From Candidatus Dojkabacteria bacterium (GTDB lineage Bacteria > Patescibacteriota > Dojkabacteria > SC72), in the NCBI GenBank assembly GCA_050950165.1, contig JBMNHC010000001.1, positions 657,073 to 721,072 on the forward strand: a stretch of 64,000 nt of DNA, read 5' to 3'. Numbering within the stretch: position 1 is the first letter of the stretch; every line of letters starts with the position of its first letter. Made by a program: the position numbers and the translations under genes. The notes under the pieces were generated by a model, which made no database searches, was not told the origin of the DNA, and worked only from the letters and a program-made list of their open reading frames with translations. Positions 27,662 to 37,960 of this stretch are shown one piece after another.

Positions 27662-29359
27662 TTAGTTTTTTAAAAAATCTAAAATATCTTCAACAAAGAA
27701 AGGTCTAGCATCAAACTTTAGTAATTTTTTCTTAAACTCATATCCACTCTCTTTTCTAATTAACTCTCCAAACTGTCCACCCTGATTATTCTCAATCAGT
27801 ATGAGATCTTTTTTGTTTGAATCTAACTCTAATATCTTTTCATATCGTAGAGGGAAGAGATATTGATAGTAGAGGAAAGCGATATCTTCTCTCTCTTTCA
27901 TAGCATCTAGTACTGCATTTTTAGCTGTACCAAATCCAACAAAAACACTCTTTGCATCTTTCGAACCGTAGTATATTGGCTGAGGTATATCTCTCTGTAA
28001 CCCTACTAGCTTTCTCATTCGCTTCTCTGACATTGCAGCGATATCTTCTGCTACCTCTGTAGTAGCTCCATCAGGTGTGTGCTCATCACTATTCGCTAAG
28101 AATGTTTTCTTTCCCTTTTGAGGTATCCATCTAGGAGATATTCCACTCTCAGTTATCTCATATCTCTCTTTCCCTTCTTTAAGATGTCTCTCTACTTTTA
28201 GAGCTTTAGGTAGTTGTTTAATATTAAAGAGTGCTTCTGCAGACTGTTTCTCTGTTAGAAGAATTACAGGTAGTTGATATTTTTCAGATATATTGAATGC
28301 TTCTTGTATTAACTCATATGCATCATATGCAGTAGAACAACTAAGAACAACTCTTGGAAAATCTCCATGACCAGAGTAGAGAGCTGCATCTAGGTTGTCT
28401 GTTCCACTCCAAGTAGGAACTCCTGTTGCTGGTCCAGCTCTCTGTCCTAGCACTACAACCAAGGGAGTTTCAGTCATACCAGCACACGATATTGTCTCTG
28501 TCATTAAATCAAAACCACCTCCAGAGGTTGCAGTAAATGCTCTTGTTCCCATATACATAGCTCCCATTACTAACTGAATTGCAGTAATTTCACTCTCTGC
28601 CTGCTTAACCACAATACCTGTTTCCATATATGTTTTACCAAAAGTATCTAGGATAGATGTAGAAGGTGTCATTGGATATGCAAAATATGCTCTACAACCT
28701 GCAGAGATTGCACCTAGGACAATAGCGTCATTTGCTGTAAGTAATTTACTCTTACTCCAACTTTTTTCTTTATCAATCTTGCTAATCTCTTCTCCATATT
28801 TTTTCTCTTTCTCAAATGAATACCCTGCTTTTAAGCATCGTATCTCTGCATCCATATCTATATTTTTCTTCTCAAACGTCTTCTTAACAACCCTCTCTAA
28901 CTCTTTAAGATCAAACTCCGCTATTGACCAAAGATATGCAAGTAATACAGCACTAGCCATGATTGGAGGAGCATTGTTTTCCTTCGCTATACTAAGTGTA
29001 TCTAAGTAAACAACAGTTATTTTCTTCTTGTATATATATTCTCTTTCTTCATCTGTGAAATCAAAATCCAAGATATTGTGAACAATTAATCCTCCCTTTT
29101 TAACACCAAAAAGATATTGATGTAGAGGCTCTGAAGAGAGAGAGGCTAAGATATTGTAGTTTTTGGATGAAGAGAGAATCTCTTTGTCACTAAAATCTAT
29201 CTGATATGACGCAAACCCTCCTTTTATAACGGAAGGATACTCTCTGTATGCAAAGACATGGTATCCAATATTTTTAATAGATTTAGCAAGAATTTCACCT
29301 AGGGTATTAATTCCTTGACCTGACTCTCCTGCGAATTTAATTGCAAATCGATGAGCCAT
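27662..29359 (-). CDS. 2-oxoacid:ferredoxin oxidoreductase alpha (gamma-alpha) subunit
   Basis: AGESGQGI, YPMTPS, QAESEI, ATSGGG, QRAGPATG. Confidence 0.92.
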   Translation of the reverse strand: MAHRFAIKFAGESGQGINTLGEILAKSIKNIGYHVFAYREYPSVIKGGFASYQIDFSDKEILSSSKNYNILASLSSEPLHQYLFGVKKGGLIVHNILDFDFTDEEREYIYKKKITVVYLDTLSIAKENNAPPIMASAVLLAYLWSIAEFDLKELERVVKKTFEKKNIDMDAEIRCLKAGYSFEKEKKYGEEISKIDKEKSWSKSKLLTANDAIVLGAISAGCRAYFAYPMTPSTSILDTFGKTYMETGIVVKQAESEITAIQLVMGAMYMGTRAFTATSGGGFDLMTETISCAGMTETPLVVVLGQRAGPATGVPTWSGTDNLDAALYSGHGDFPRVVLSCSTAYDAYELIQEAFNISEKYQLPVILLTEKQSAEALFNIKQLPKALKVERHLKEGKERYEITESGISPRWIPQKGKKTFLANSDEHTPDGATTEVAEDIAAMSEKRMRKLVGLQRDIPQPIYYGSKDAKSVFVGFGTAKNAVLDAMKEREDIAFLYYQYLFPLRYEKILELDSNKKDLILIENNQGGQFGELIRKESGYEFKKKLLKFDARPFFVEDILDFLKN

Positions 29360-29462
29360 ATCTTAATTAGAAACTAGAAGATTAACTCCTTAAGAGTATC
29401 ACTACCGATATATATTGTCAAAATGCTTACAAAAGAAAAAGGGGTGATGTAAAATACAGTAT

Positions 29463-30428
29463 ATGAAAGATCTAATAGATATTACAGTTGAGGCAGGAAG
29501 TGGAGGTGAGGGATTAATATCCTTTGATAGTTGGCAAAAGCCAACAGGTGGTAATGGTGGTAAGGGAGGTGATATATATTTTGTTGGTAGTAGAAACTAT
29601 TTAGATTTTTCCCATTTAGAAAAACAACCATATTTAAAAGCAGAGAGTGGTAAAAGAGGTGAAAGAAACAGAAGAGATGGTAAAAATGGTAAGGATTTAA
29701 TTGTGCATCTACCTCTTGTAACAAGAATTTTTAATCCTGATGGTAGTGAGGTTATTACAATTACCAAAGATGAACAAAAAGTAAGAATTCTTAAAGGCGC
29801 TACTGGTGGATTAGGAAACTTTGCTCTTAGATCTAAGGGGTGGGATAGCAAGTTTGCAAGAGAGAGAGGAGTTAAAGGTGAGGTTAGGAAATTTAAATTA
29901 GAGCTTAACTTAAAAGCAGATGCCATATTTTTAGGGTTTCCTAATGCAGGTAAATCTAGCTTAATTAATGCTCTTACTAATGCTAAGTACAAGGTAGCAC
30001 CTTACGAGTTTACTACTTTAGAGCCTCAGTTAGCTGTAATGGATGGATATATATTAATGGATTTACCAGGGTTAATAGAGGGGGCTTACAGAGGTAAAGG
30101 GTTAGGTACAAACTTTCTAAAACATACTAAATATTCTAGATTGCTTGTTCACTGTATTAGTTTAGAGGATATGAATTTGAAAGAGAGCTATACAAAGATG
30201 AGAGATGAATTTAACAATATCTCTAAAGATCTATCTTCGTTAGATGAATTAGTACTTTTTACAAAAGCAGATATATTATCTACTGAACAAGAGAGAAAGA
30301 TTCTCAAAGAGCTATCTAAGGATTTCAAAGATTTTTTAATAGTATCTACATTTAGAAAGGAGGATGTAGATATGTTAAAAGAGACACTAAAAAAGAGATT
30401 GGGTTCTAGCTCTCATTCCATCATCTAG
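29463..30428 (+). CDS. obg: GTPase Obg/CgtA
   Basis: Gly-rich Obg fold, GFPNAGKSS, YEFTTLEP, DLPGLIEGA. Confidence 0.9.
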   Translation: MKDLIDITVEAGSGGEGLISFDSWQKPTGGNGGKGGDIYFVGSRNYLDFSHLEKQPYLKAESGKRGERNRRDGKNGKDLIVHLPLVTRIFNPDGSEVITITKDEQKVRILKGATGGLGNFALRSKGWDSKFARERGVKGEVRKFKLELNLKADAIFLGFPNAGKSSLINALTNAKYKVAPYEFTTLEPQLAVMDGYILMDLPGLIEGAYRGKGLGTNFLKHTKYSRLLVHCISLEDMNLKESYTKMRDEFNNISKDLSSLDELVLFTKADILSTEQERKILKELSKDFKDFLIVSTFRKEDVDMLKETLKKRLGSSSHSII

Positions 30429-31166
30429 TGCTCTTTGTGCATTCCACTGTAGGTCAGGTTTGTCATACATACTCTTTACTAACCACTCTAGGTACTCCCT
30501 GTCCTCCCTCTCTATCTCTTCAAAGGTTTTACCCATATATTTACCAAAGCTCATCTCTCTAATGATCTGGGGTTGTTTTGTAATTAACTGCATATGTTCT
30601 ACAGTTAGTTTAGAATTTTGTACAAGGTAGTGATAGAGGTTTTTTAGAAAATATACATCACTTAGTGCATTGTGAGCTTCTCGAAACTCTCTATCCTCAC
30701 TCTTATACAATCCTAGATAATATCTAAGATATTGTAACTTGTAACTCTCTAAGTCTCTTCCATCATCTGTAGTTAAAAGATTTCTTGCAACTTTAAGTGT
30801 ACATATTGAGTCTTCTACCTTTACTCCTTTCTTCTCTAGAGCTTCTGAATCAAAGGCCATATTATGAGCAACCCATATATATTTCTTTGAGAGGAATTCT
30901 AAATATTCTTTTAGGGAACTAGTATTAGATTCTAAATCTTTTCCTTCTTCAGATACTGTAGCGTCTTCAAAATATTTACACTTTTCAACCATCTCTGGAG
31001 TAATATTGTGTACCGCCATTGATCCAAAAGATATCTCTTGTTTAGGTTTAATGTATATATTCATCCAGATATCTGGATTTTCTGTTATAAATGCTATCTG
31101 AAGCAGATCTTTACTCTGTACATCTGTTGTTTCAGTATCAATGAAAAGGAGTTCCTTCTTGGACAT
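30387..31166 (-). CDS. DEDDh 3'-5' exonuclease (ExoX-like)
   Basis: FIDTETT, AHNMAFD, AHNALSDV, C-terminal FGKYMGK. Confidence 0.85.
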   Translation of the reverse strand: MSKKELLFIDTETTDVQSKDLLQIAFITENPDIWMNIYIKPKQEISFGSMAVHNITPEMVEKCKYFEDATVSEEGKDLESNTSSLKEYLEFLSKKYIWVAHNMAFDSEALEKKGVKVEDSICTLKVARNLLTTDDGRDLESYKLQYLRYYLGLYKSEDREFREAHNALSDVYFLKNLYHYLVQNSKLTVEHMQLITKQPQIIREMSFGKYMGKTFEEIEREDREYLEWLVKSMYDKPDLQWNAQRALDDGMRARTQSLF

Positions 31167-31327
31167 CTTTCTATTAGAAGTATTTCAATTTAATATTTTC
31201 ATGAAGTTAGAAAAGGGGCATTAAAATATATGAGATTTTAGCATATGGATATTTGATAAACAAACTGTTGTTGAATGATATCTTTTAAGCTGATATATTA
31301 AACTATTAATTTCTTTTACAGTGATAT

Positions 31328-31825
31328 ATGAAAATTTCTAAGAGTACTCTCATTGGTTTAGTTTCTGTAATAGCGGTGATTGCTGTTGTAGTAGGAATAT
31401 TTCTTTTTTTAGATAAAGGGATGAGTTTTACGGATAAAATGGGTAGGACTCAAGAGAATAGCACAGGGGGAAAGGAGGTAGAGGACTCAAGTATGAAAGA
31501 TTTTGAGAGTTTAGAGATTGAAACTTTAAAAGAGGGAAGTGGTGCTGAAGCAGTAGATGGAAATACTGTTGTAGTACATTATGAAGGTACATTAAGAGAT
31601 GGTACCAAGTTTGATAGTTCTTTTGATAGAGATGTTCCTTTTGAATTTATACTAGGTAATGGAGAGGTTATCCAAGGGTGGGAGCAAGGTATAAAGGGGA
31701 TGAAGGTTGGAGAAGAGAGAGAGCTACATATTCCTTCTAAATTAGCATATGGACAGGATGATCTAGGTACTATTCCTGCTGGTTCAGGTTTAATATTTAA
31801 AGTAGTACTTTTGGAGATAAAGTAG
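31328..31825 (+). CDS. FKBP-type peptidyl-prolyl isomerase, membrane-anchored
   Basis: VHYEGTL.DGTKFDSS, VIQGWEQG, LAYG. Confidence 0.92.
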   Translation: MKISKSTLIGLVSVIAVIAVVVGIFLFLDKGMSFTDKMGRTQENSTGGKEVEDSSMKDFESLEIETLKEGSGAEAVDGNTVVVHYEGTLRDGTKFDSSFDRDVPFEFILGNGEVIQGWEQGIKGMKVGEERELHIPSKLAYGQDDLGTIPAGSGLIFKVVLLEIK

Positions 31826-33238
31826 CTAAAATATCCCTAATGTCATAAGGATACCTATTAACAACATTAATATACCCGCTATTAAGTGCATCTTTCTTAC
31901 ATTCTTATCCTTCCAATCCTTAACCTCTTCTGCTCTTTTAGAACCGACAAATACCAGTATTACAACTATGACCATTGGAAGTACAAAGATGATGTTGTAA
32001 AGAAGAAGCATAGGGATGGCATTTATAAAACCTTGGTCAGCAACAAGTCCCCCTAATATTATATATGGACCAATTGTACAAGGAAGCAAGAATACTGTAA
32101 CAAAAAGTCCTAAACTAAACGCTCCAAAAGGAGATGTAATCTTACTAATAACCTTTTGTACTTTGGGTCTTAAAAAGAGAGGCATCTCTGTTGTAACACC
32201 CCCTGGTTTGTATTTAAAGTAATCCTTAAGCTCTAAAAGACCTAACAGTATTGCCCCTATTCCCAAAGCTTTGTAAATGTATAGCTTAATGGAGGCAATA
32301 GATTGAATAACTTGAAATGCTGTAATTATCAGATACCCATAGAATAGATACATTATCACTACTGCAAGGGTAAACGCTAAACCTGAGTACAACACCTGTT
32401 TCCTATCCCTTGGATTGTACGTAACTATTGAAATTAGCATAAGAGCAAGTACAGATATTGCACAAGGATTAACTGAGTCTGCAAGTCCTAGCATTACTGT
32501 TTTTCCAATTGATACCCCGTATCTCTGTTCAATACTATCTGTATTAACAATATCTTCCTTTTTCTCTTCTTTAGATGCACCATTCCACTGTAATAGCCAT
32601 CCATTTATTTCCATTGCGTTATCAAACTTCAAACTACCTCCTGAATATTCTACTTTCACACTCTTAGCCTTTTTACCTTCTAAATTAGCTATTGCTTCTT
32701 CAATGCTATTTGCAGAGATAAAGGTTTTAATCTGGTTATTCTGGTTCTCATTTAACTTTGTTAAGCTCCTTTTAATAGCTACACGATCTTTAGAGTAAAA
32801 TGTTGGATATCTTTTTAAATCATTTAGATTTAACTCATCAAAAGACAGAGAGTTTCCATCTGCTAAAAATACAGTATCCCTGGGAGAATTTGATAGCATT
32901 CTATCTAAATTATCCAAAATTGGTTTATCTCCACTCTCACTTTGTTCACTACTAAAAAGAACTAGAGGAATACCTAAATTAAGGTTATACGATTCTACAT
33001 ACTCCAAAAGAGATTGAGAATTTCCTAAATTCTTGTACGTTTCATATTCAATCATAACTATATTACCCTGTTCAATCTTTTCTATTAACTTTGGATTCAC
33101 TTTTGCACAATGAGGACACCCTATTCCACCAAAATATATGAAGTATGTATTAGTTTGTTGAGCATCTACTTTACTACTTGGTAAAAACATAAATATTGAA
33201 AGAATGAGAAGTAGAACAATTGAAAGAAATCTTTTCAT
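31826..33238 (-). CDS. Thioredoxin-like domain fused to CcdA/DsbD-type membrane domain
   Basis: CPHC; ADSVNPC and LPCTIGPY in the TM region. Confidence 0.8.
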   Translation of the reverse strand: MKRFLSIVLLLILSIFMFLPSSKVDAQQTNTYFIYFGGIGCPHCAKVNPKLIEKIEQGNIVMIEYETYKNLGNSQSLLEYVESYNLNLGIPLVLFSSEQSESGDKPILDNLDRMLSNSPRDTVFLADGNSLSFDELNLNDLKRYPTFYSKDRVAIKRSLTKLNENQNNQIKTFISANSIEEAIANLEGKKAKSVKVEYSGGSLKFDNAMEINGWLLQWNGASKEEKKEDIVNTDSIEQRYGVSIGKTVMLGLADSVNPCAISVLALMLISIVTYNPRDRKQVLYSGLAFTLAVVIMYLFYGYLIITAFQVIQSIASIKLYIYKALGIGAILLGLLELKDYFKYKPGGVTTEMPLFLRPKVQKVISKITSPFGAFSLGLFVTVFLLPCTIGPYIILGGLVADQGFINAIPMLLLYNIIFVLPMVIVVILVFVGSKRAEEVKDWKDKNVRKMHLIAGILMLLIGILMTLGIF

Positions 33239-33269
33239 TAATCCTAATATTGTAATATTATATACAACT

Positions 33270-34433
33270 ATGAAGACTCCTAAACTTTCTAAAAGCCAAC
33301 AACATATATTAGATGCTATTTTAGACTGGTTTAAAGTATCTAAATCTCAGTATATCACATTAGGAGGTTATGCTGGTACAGGGAAAACAACTCTGTTGGG
33401 ATATCTAAGTAAATATCTTTCTAAAGAGCACAAGAGATTAAAAATTGCATTTTGTAGTTATACAGGTAAAGCATCAAGAGTGCTTTTTAGAAAGTTACAT
33501 GAGGTAGGCTTCTCTCAAAACCCCCACTATATCGGAACAATACATCGTTTGATATACAGAGCGATTGTAAATTCTGAGGGTGAAATTATTGGTTGGGAGA
33601 AAATTCCTGTTGAAGATTTTAAATATGACTTAATCATTATAGATGAAGCCTCTATGATTAGCGAGGATATATGGATTGATCTTTTAAGTTTTAACAAGCC
33701 TATACTCGCTGTAGGAGATCACGGACAACTTCCTCCAATTAAAGAGAGTTTTAATTTAATGCAAAATCCTGATCTTAAATTAGAGGAGATATATAGGCAG
33801 GAGCGAGATAATCCCATCATTGCACTTTCAGAGATTGCTAGAAAGTATGGCTCTGTTCCTTTTCAAAAGTATTCGAAGTATGTAAGAAAGGTTAATAAAC
33901 ATGACATGCAAACAGAAGAGTTAGTTACAGATATCTTTAGGTCTTTTGATGAAGATACTATGGTTTTGTGTGGATACAACAGAACTAGGATTAATTTAAA
34001 CAGAGCCATTAGAAGTCTACATTTTGATTCACCTCTTCCTCAATCTGGTGATAGGGTAATATGTTTAAAAAACAACAGAGAGGCTGAGATATTCAATGGT
34101 ATGACTGGTACAATATTAGATATTTCAAAGGAAAACATTGGTAAAGATGAGTACTACTTTGCTGAAATATCTCTTGATTGTGAAGAGTATCCGTTTGTAG
34201 GAAGAATTAGTATTGATCAGTTTAATTCTACTGATTTAGTTATAAATGATATGGAAGATATTAATTACTTTGATTTTGGGTATGCACTTACTGTTCATAA
34301 GGCACAGGGTAGTCAAGCTAAAAGGGTTGTTCTTTTTGAAGAGCGTTTTTCCAAAATGACAGATGATAATTTTAGAAGATGGCTTTATACAGGTATTACA
34401 CGAGCGGAGCAGGAGTTATATATAGTAGCGTAA
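33270..34433 (+). CDS. SF1B RecD/Dda-like DNA helicase
   Basis: GYAGTGKTT, IDEASM, GDHGQLPP, YALTVHKAQGSQ, YTGITRA. Confidence 0.88.
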   Translation: MKTPKLSKSQQHILDAILDWFKVSKSQYITLGGYAGTGKTTLLGYLSKYLSKEHKRLKIAFCSYTGKASRVLFRKLHEVGFSQNPHYIGTIHRLIYRAIVNSEGEIIGWEKIPVEDFKYDLIIIDEASMISEDIWIDLLSFNKPILAVGDHGQLPPIKESFNLMQNPDLKLEEIYRQERDNPIIALSEIARKYGSVPFQKYSKYVRKVNKHDMQTEELVTDIFRSFDEDTMVLCGYNRTRINLNRAIRSLHFDSPLPQSGDRVICLKNNREAEIFNGMTGTILDISKENIGKDEYYFAEISLDCEEYPFVGRISIDQFNSTDLVINDMEDINYFDFGYALTVHKAQGSQAKRVVLFEERFSKMTDDNFRRWLYTGITRAEQELYIVA

Positions 34434-34463
34434 TATTATTTTTTTGGTTGTATAATATATCGT

Positions 34464-35228
34464 ATGATTATTCAAAACAGAGAAGAAGAAAAATTACTAA
34501 AGGAGGCTTCTGCAATATCAGTAAAGATATTAGATACTCTTGGAAAGCAGTTGAGAGAAGGAGTTACTCCATTAGATATAGATACTTTAGCGGGACATCT
34601 ATGTAAAGAGTATGGTGTAGTTCCTTCTTTTAAAACAGTACAGGGGTATAATTTTAATACATGTATATCAGTAAATGATGTAGCTGTTCATGGTATTCCT
34701 AAAGATATTCCTCTTAAGAAGGGAGATTTGATATCTATAGATTTTGGTATTGTTTACAAGGGATTTTTTACTGATCACTGTTGGACTTGGAGTATAGGTG
34801 AGCCTAACAAAGAGAATGAGAGGCTTCTTAAGGCTGGTAGAGAGGCTGTAGAGAGTGCAATGGAATTAGCAGTTGTAGGAAATCATACAGGAGATTTAGG
34901 GTTTGAGATGGAGAGTGTAGCAAAGAGATATGGTTTTAATGTACTAAAGATGTTTATTGGTCACGGTATTGGAAAAGGCTTACATGAAGCTCCAGATATT
35001 CCTGCTTTTGGAAAGAGAGATACAGGAACTGTTCTTGAAGATGGTATGGTGTTGTGTGTAGAGTGTCAGGTTGTAGATGATAGTGGAGAGGTGGTAATAG
35101 ATAGGGATGGTTGGTCTGCAAAGACTAAAAATGGTGGTAATTCCGTTATGTTTGAGTATATGGTCATAGTTAGAGATAGTAAACCAGAGATTTTAACAGA
35201 CACAAAGAATTGGAACACAGTAGTTTAA
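34464..35228 (+). CDS. map: Methionine aminopeptidase type I
   Basis: CISVND..VHGIP, SIDFG...D, GHGIG..LHE. Confidence 0.93.
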   Translation: MIIQNREEEKLLKEASAISVKILDTLGKQLREGVTPLDIDTLAGHLCKEYGVVPSFKTVQGYNFNTCISVNDVAVHGIPKDIPLKKGDLISIDFGIVYKGFFTDHCWTWSIGEPNKENERLLKAGREAVESAMELAVVGNHTGDLGFEMESVAKRYGFNVLKMFIGHGIGKGLHEAPDIPAFGKRDTGTVLEDGMVLCVECQVVDDSGEVVIDRDGWSAKTKNGGNSVMFEYMVIVRDSKPEILTDTKNWNTVV

Positions 35229-35336
35229 CATAGTTTATAATCCTATAGTAATGTGATATAATATAAATATAGGCAAATGCCTATGTTCTTTAAAAACCTA
35301 TTCAAAAATTCAATACCTAAGAAAGGAGAAGTAGCA

Positions 35337-35717
35337 ATGAAAAAGAAAGAAATAGTCTCTACTGGTATAGGAGTTGTACTACTCCTTCTATTTCTAGTAA
35401 TTGGTTCTGTTTATCTACAAAAAATATTCGCAGAAAATGGCTATATCAGTAAAGCTAAGGGGATAGAGATAGCTAACAGTATGGGCCAGGTAGGAGAATT
35501 ACCATGGGCAGTGGACGAGTACGACCTCGTTGCTGTACTCTTTTGTGAAAGTCCTGACGACTCTAACCAAGACGGGAAGACCTTTGTGCACAAGAAGAGT
35601 GTTTTCCACGAATCAGGAGGATGGATGACAGGCTGTCAATACATGGCTGCCAAAAATTTGACCATCATCCCTGAGGGAAATATTTGGACAAATCAGACAA
35701 AAATCAAATTTGAATAG
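35337..35717 (+). CDS. Small membrane-anchored orphan protein; unit D
   Basis: TGATATAAT (35254-35262), SD AAGGAG (35323-35328), ATG 35337; N-terminal TM. Confidence 0.7.
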   Translation: MKKKEIVSTGIGVVLLLLFLVIGSVYLQKIFAENGYISKAKGIEIANSMGQVGELPWAVDEYDLVAVLFCESPDDSNQDGKTFVHKKSVFHESGGWMTGCQYMAAKNLTIIPEGNIWTNQTKIKFE

Positions 35718-35724
35718 GTTTAGA

Positions 35725-35780
35725 AGAGTCTTCTATCTGCTAGATATTAGCTTTACCAAAGATAGAAGACTCTTTTTCCT
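35725..35780 (+). terminator. Intrinsic terminator of unit D
   Basis: AGAGTCTTCTATCT (35725-35738) / AGATAGAAGACTCT (35760-35773), then TTTT. Confidence 0.85.
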
Positions 35781-35847
35781 CTGTATTAATAGATATACAT
35801 CCATCTGTGATAGAATATTAAGAAGGATAACTTTTTACTATCAATAT

Positions 35848-36777
35848 ATGCCAGATAGAACATATGACATCGCTATTGTAGGTAGTGGACCTGCAGCTTT
35901 CTCTGCAAGTATATATGCAAGTAGGTATAAACTAAGTAATATTGTATTTGGAAAAGTATTGGGTGGAACAATCTCTGAAGCTCACAAAGTCTGTAACTAT
36001 CCTGGTATAGATGAAATCTCTGGATATGACTTAGGTATGAAATTTTTTGAACAAGCTAAAAGATTGGGTGGAGAACATCTTGCAGAGAGTGTTATTGAAG
36101 TTAAGAAAGAAGAAGATCTTTTTAGAATAACTACTGATACATCAAAAGAGTTTGTTGCTAAATCTGTAATACTTGCTACTGGAAGTAATAGGAATAGGCT
36201 TAATCTACCTGATGAAAATCGTTTTTTAGGTAAAGGCCTCTCGTACTGTGCAACCTGTGATGGTATGTTTTTTAAAGATAAGGTTGTTGGAGTTGTTGGA
36301 GGAAGTAGTGCTGCTGTAATGAGTGCTGTTATGCTTGCTGATATAGCTAAGAAGGTATATATCATCTACAGAGGTACAGAGCTTAGAGGAGAGCCTATGT
36401 GGGTAGATCAGGCAATGGAGAGAGAGAATATTAAGATAATATATACTACATTGGTTCTTGGTTTGGAAGGTAAGCAGGTTCTTGAAAGAGTAAAACTTTC
36501 TAAGGTATACAACGGTTCACAATATCTTAGTCTAGATGGACTTTTTGTTGAAATTGGTTCTACTCCTAATCTAGATTTAGCAAATCAATTAGGAATAGAG
36601 TTGGCTGATGAGGGATACATTAAGGTTGCAAGCAATCAGAGTACCTCCTTAGAGGGAGTATGGGCTGCTGGAGATGGTACAGACGGATCTAATAAGTTTA
36701 GACAGGTAATTACTGCTGCATCAGAGGGCTCCATTGCAGCTAATTCAATATTTAAATATCTTAGAAAGAGTAATTAA
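35848..36777 (+). CDS. trxB: Thioredoxin-disulfide reductase
   Basis: GSGPA, SYCATCDG, WAAGD; likely start MPDRT at 35848. Confidence 0.88.
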   Translation: MPDRTYDIAIVGSGPAAFSASIYASRYKLSNIVFGKVLGGTISEAHKVCNYPGIDEISGYDLGMKFFEQAKRLGGEHLAESVIEVKKEEDLFRITTDTSKEFVAKSVILATGSNRNRLNLPDENRFLGKGLSYCATCDGMFFKDKVVGVVGGSSAAVMSAVMLADIAKKVYIIYRGTELRGEPMWVDQAMERENIKIIYTTLVLGLEGKQVLERVKLSKVYNGSQYLSLDGLFVEIGSTPNLDLANQLGIELADEGYIKVASNQSTSLEGVWAAGDGTDGSNKFRQVITAASEGSIAANSIFKYLRKSN

Positions 36778-37283
36778 GATTTTGAATTAACAAAATCTAC
36801 CCACTCTTGTAAGTAGTTAGAGCTAGACCACACTTTATCCTTACCTACTCCATATTCAATTCGTCCTCCATATGATTCAATTAGATCTGCTTCTGCTTTT
36901 AACCCACTGTTAGGATTGTTTCTATCTTTGTCATTTCTATCTCCACCTTTTGTAAATATATCAGGTTTGATAATTGCAAGTGCTTCTGAACAGTTAGTAG
37001 CTTCTGGGTTTTCGTGTATGACTACATAGTCAACTCCCTTAATTGCATCAACTATATCTGCTCTATCTACTGCAGGTATGAAAGGTTTGCCTTTTTTATT
37101 AATCGCTCTGCTATCTCCATCTACAATAATTACCAAAATATCACCAAATTTCTTTGATTCTAATATACAAGAGACATGTCCTGGATGGATAGGGTCAAAA
37201 TATCCCGATGTAGCAACTATACTCTTACCTTCTTCTTTTAACTCATCCCTTATCTTCCCAAACTCTTCAAGTTTTACTACCAT
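36774..37283 (-). CDS. Cytidylyl/adenylyltransferase family protein
   Basis: SGYFDPIHPGH, KGGDR, SSS. Confidence 0.85.
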   Translation of the reverse strand: MVVKLEEFGKIRDELKEEGKSIVATSGYFDPIHPGHVSCILESKKFGDILVIIVDGDSRAINKKGKPFIPAVDRADIVDAIKGVDYVVIHENPEATNCSEALAIIKPDIFTKGGDRNDKDRNNPNSGLKAEADLIESYGGRIEYGVGKDKVWSSSNYLQEWVDFVNSKS

Positions 37284-37351
37284 AGTATTTTTCTATTCAA
37301 TTTATTCTACATTAAAACAGGTATATATTTTGATTGCAACCCTCTTAATTC

Positions 37352-37505
37352 ATAACCCATATTGTAGATAACACAACCCCTAGTATTTACTACAAACTGA
37401 AGATACTGCATATTGTAGCCAATAACTAAAATTTGGATTACTACAAGTCTTTGACGAACACAATGGGTTGCGATAGCCTAGATTACTAAGTACAACATAT
37501 TGTGT
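37352..37505 (+). promoter_or_regulatory. nrd operon promoter with NrdR-box-like sites
   Basis: CATATTGT cores at ~37352-37367, 37403-37418 and 37490-37505 (GTACAACATATTGTGT); TTGACG-17-TAGCCT at 37451-37479. Confidence 0.7.
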
Positions 37506-37506
37506 A

Positions 37507-37950
37507 ATGAGGTGTCCATACTGTGCATGTACAACTTCTAAAGTTGTAGACAAAAGAGATAATAGTGAGGACTTTTCTACTAGAAGAAGAAGGCAGTGTT
37601 TAAGGTGCGGTAGAAGATATACAACATACGAGAGGATTGAAAGGATAGATGTTGTAGTGATTAAAAGAGATGGTTCTTTAGAAAATTTTGACTGTGAGAA
37701 GTTAAGAAAAGGGATTAAGAAAGCTGTTGATTTGGATAAGATTACTGAGTCGGATATTGAGCTGTTTTGTGAGGAGGTAGAGAGAAAGGTAATGGTTAGT
37801 CCAAATCCACTAACTACAGCAGATATTGGAAATATGGTGTTGGAGTGGTTAAGGACTCAAGATCCACTAGCATATATGAGGTTTGCTAGTGTGTATAAAA
37901 AATTTGAAACTTTAAAAGATTTAAAAGAAGAATTAGAGAAATTAATTTAA
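37507..37950 (+). CDS. nrdR: Transcriptional repressor NrdR
   Basis: CPYC...RRRRQC..CG.RYTTYE, ATP-cone, AYMRFASVY. Confidence 0.96.
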   Translation: MRCPYCACTTSKVVDKRDNSEDFSTRRRRQCLRCGRRYTTYERIERIDVVVIKRDGSLENFDCEKLRKGIKKAVDLDKITESDIELFCEEVERKVMVSPNPLTTADIGNMVLEWLRTQDPLAYMRFASVYKKFETLKDLKEELEKLI

Positions 37951-37960
37951 TAATACTGCC

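Noticed and set aside
35710-35847. N-terminal extension of trxB in the ORF track
   Set aside because: Runs through the unit D terminator; homology starts at ATG 35848
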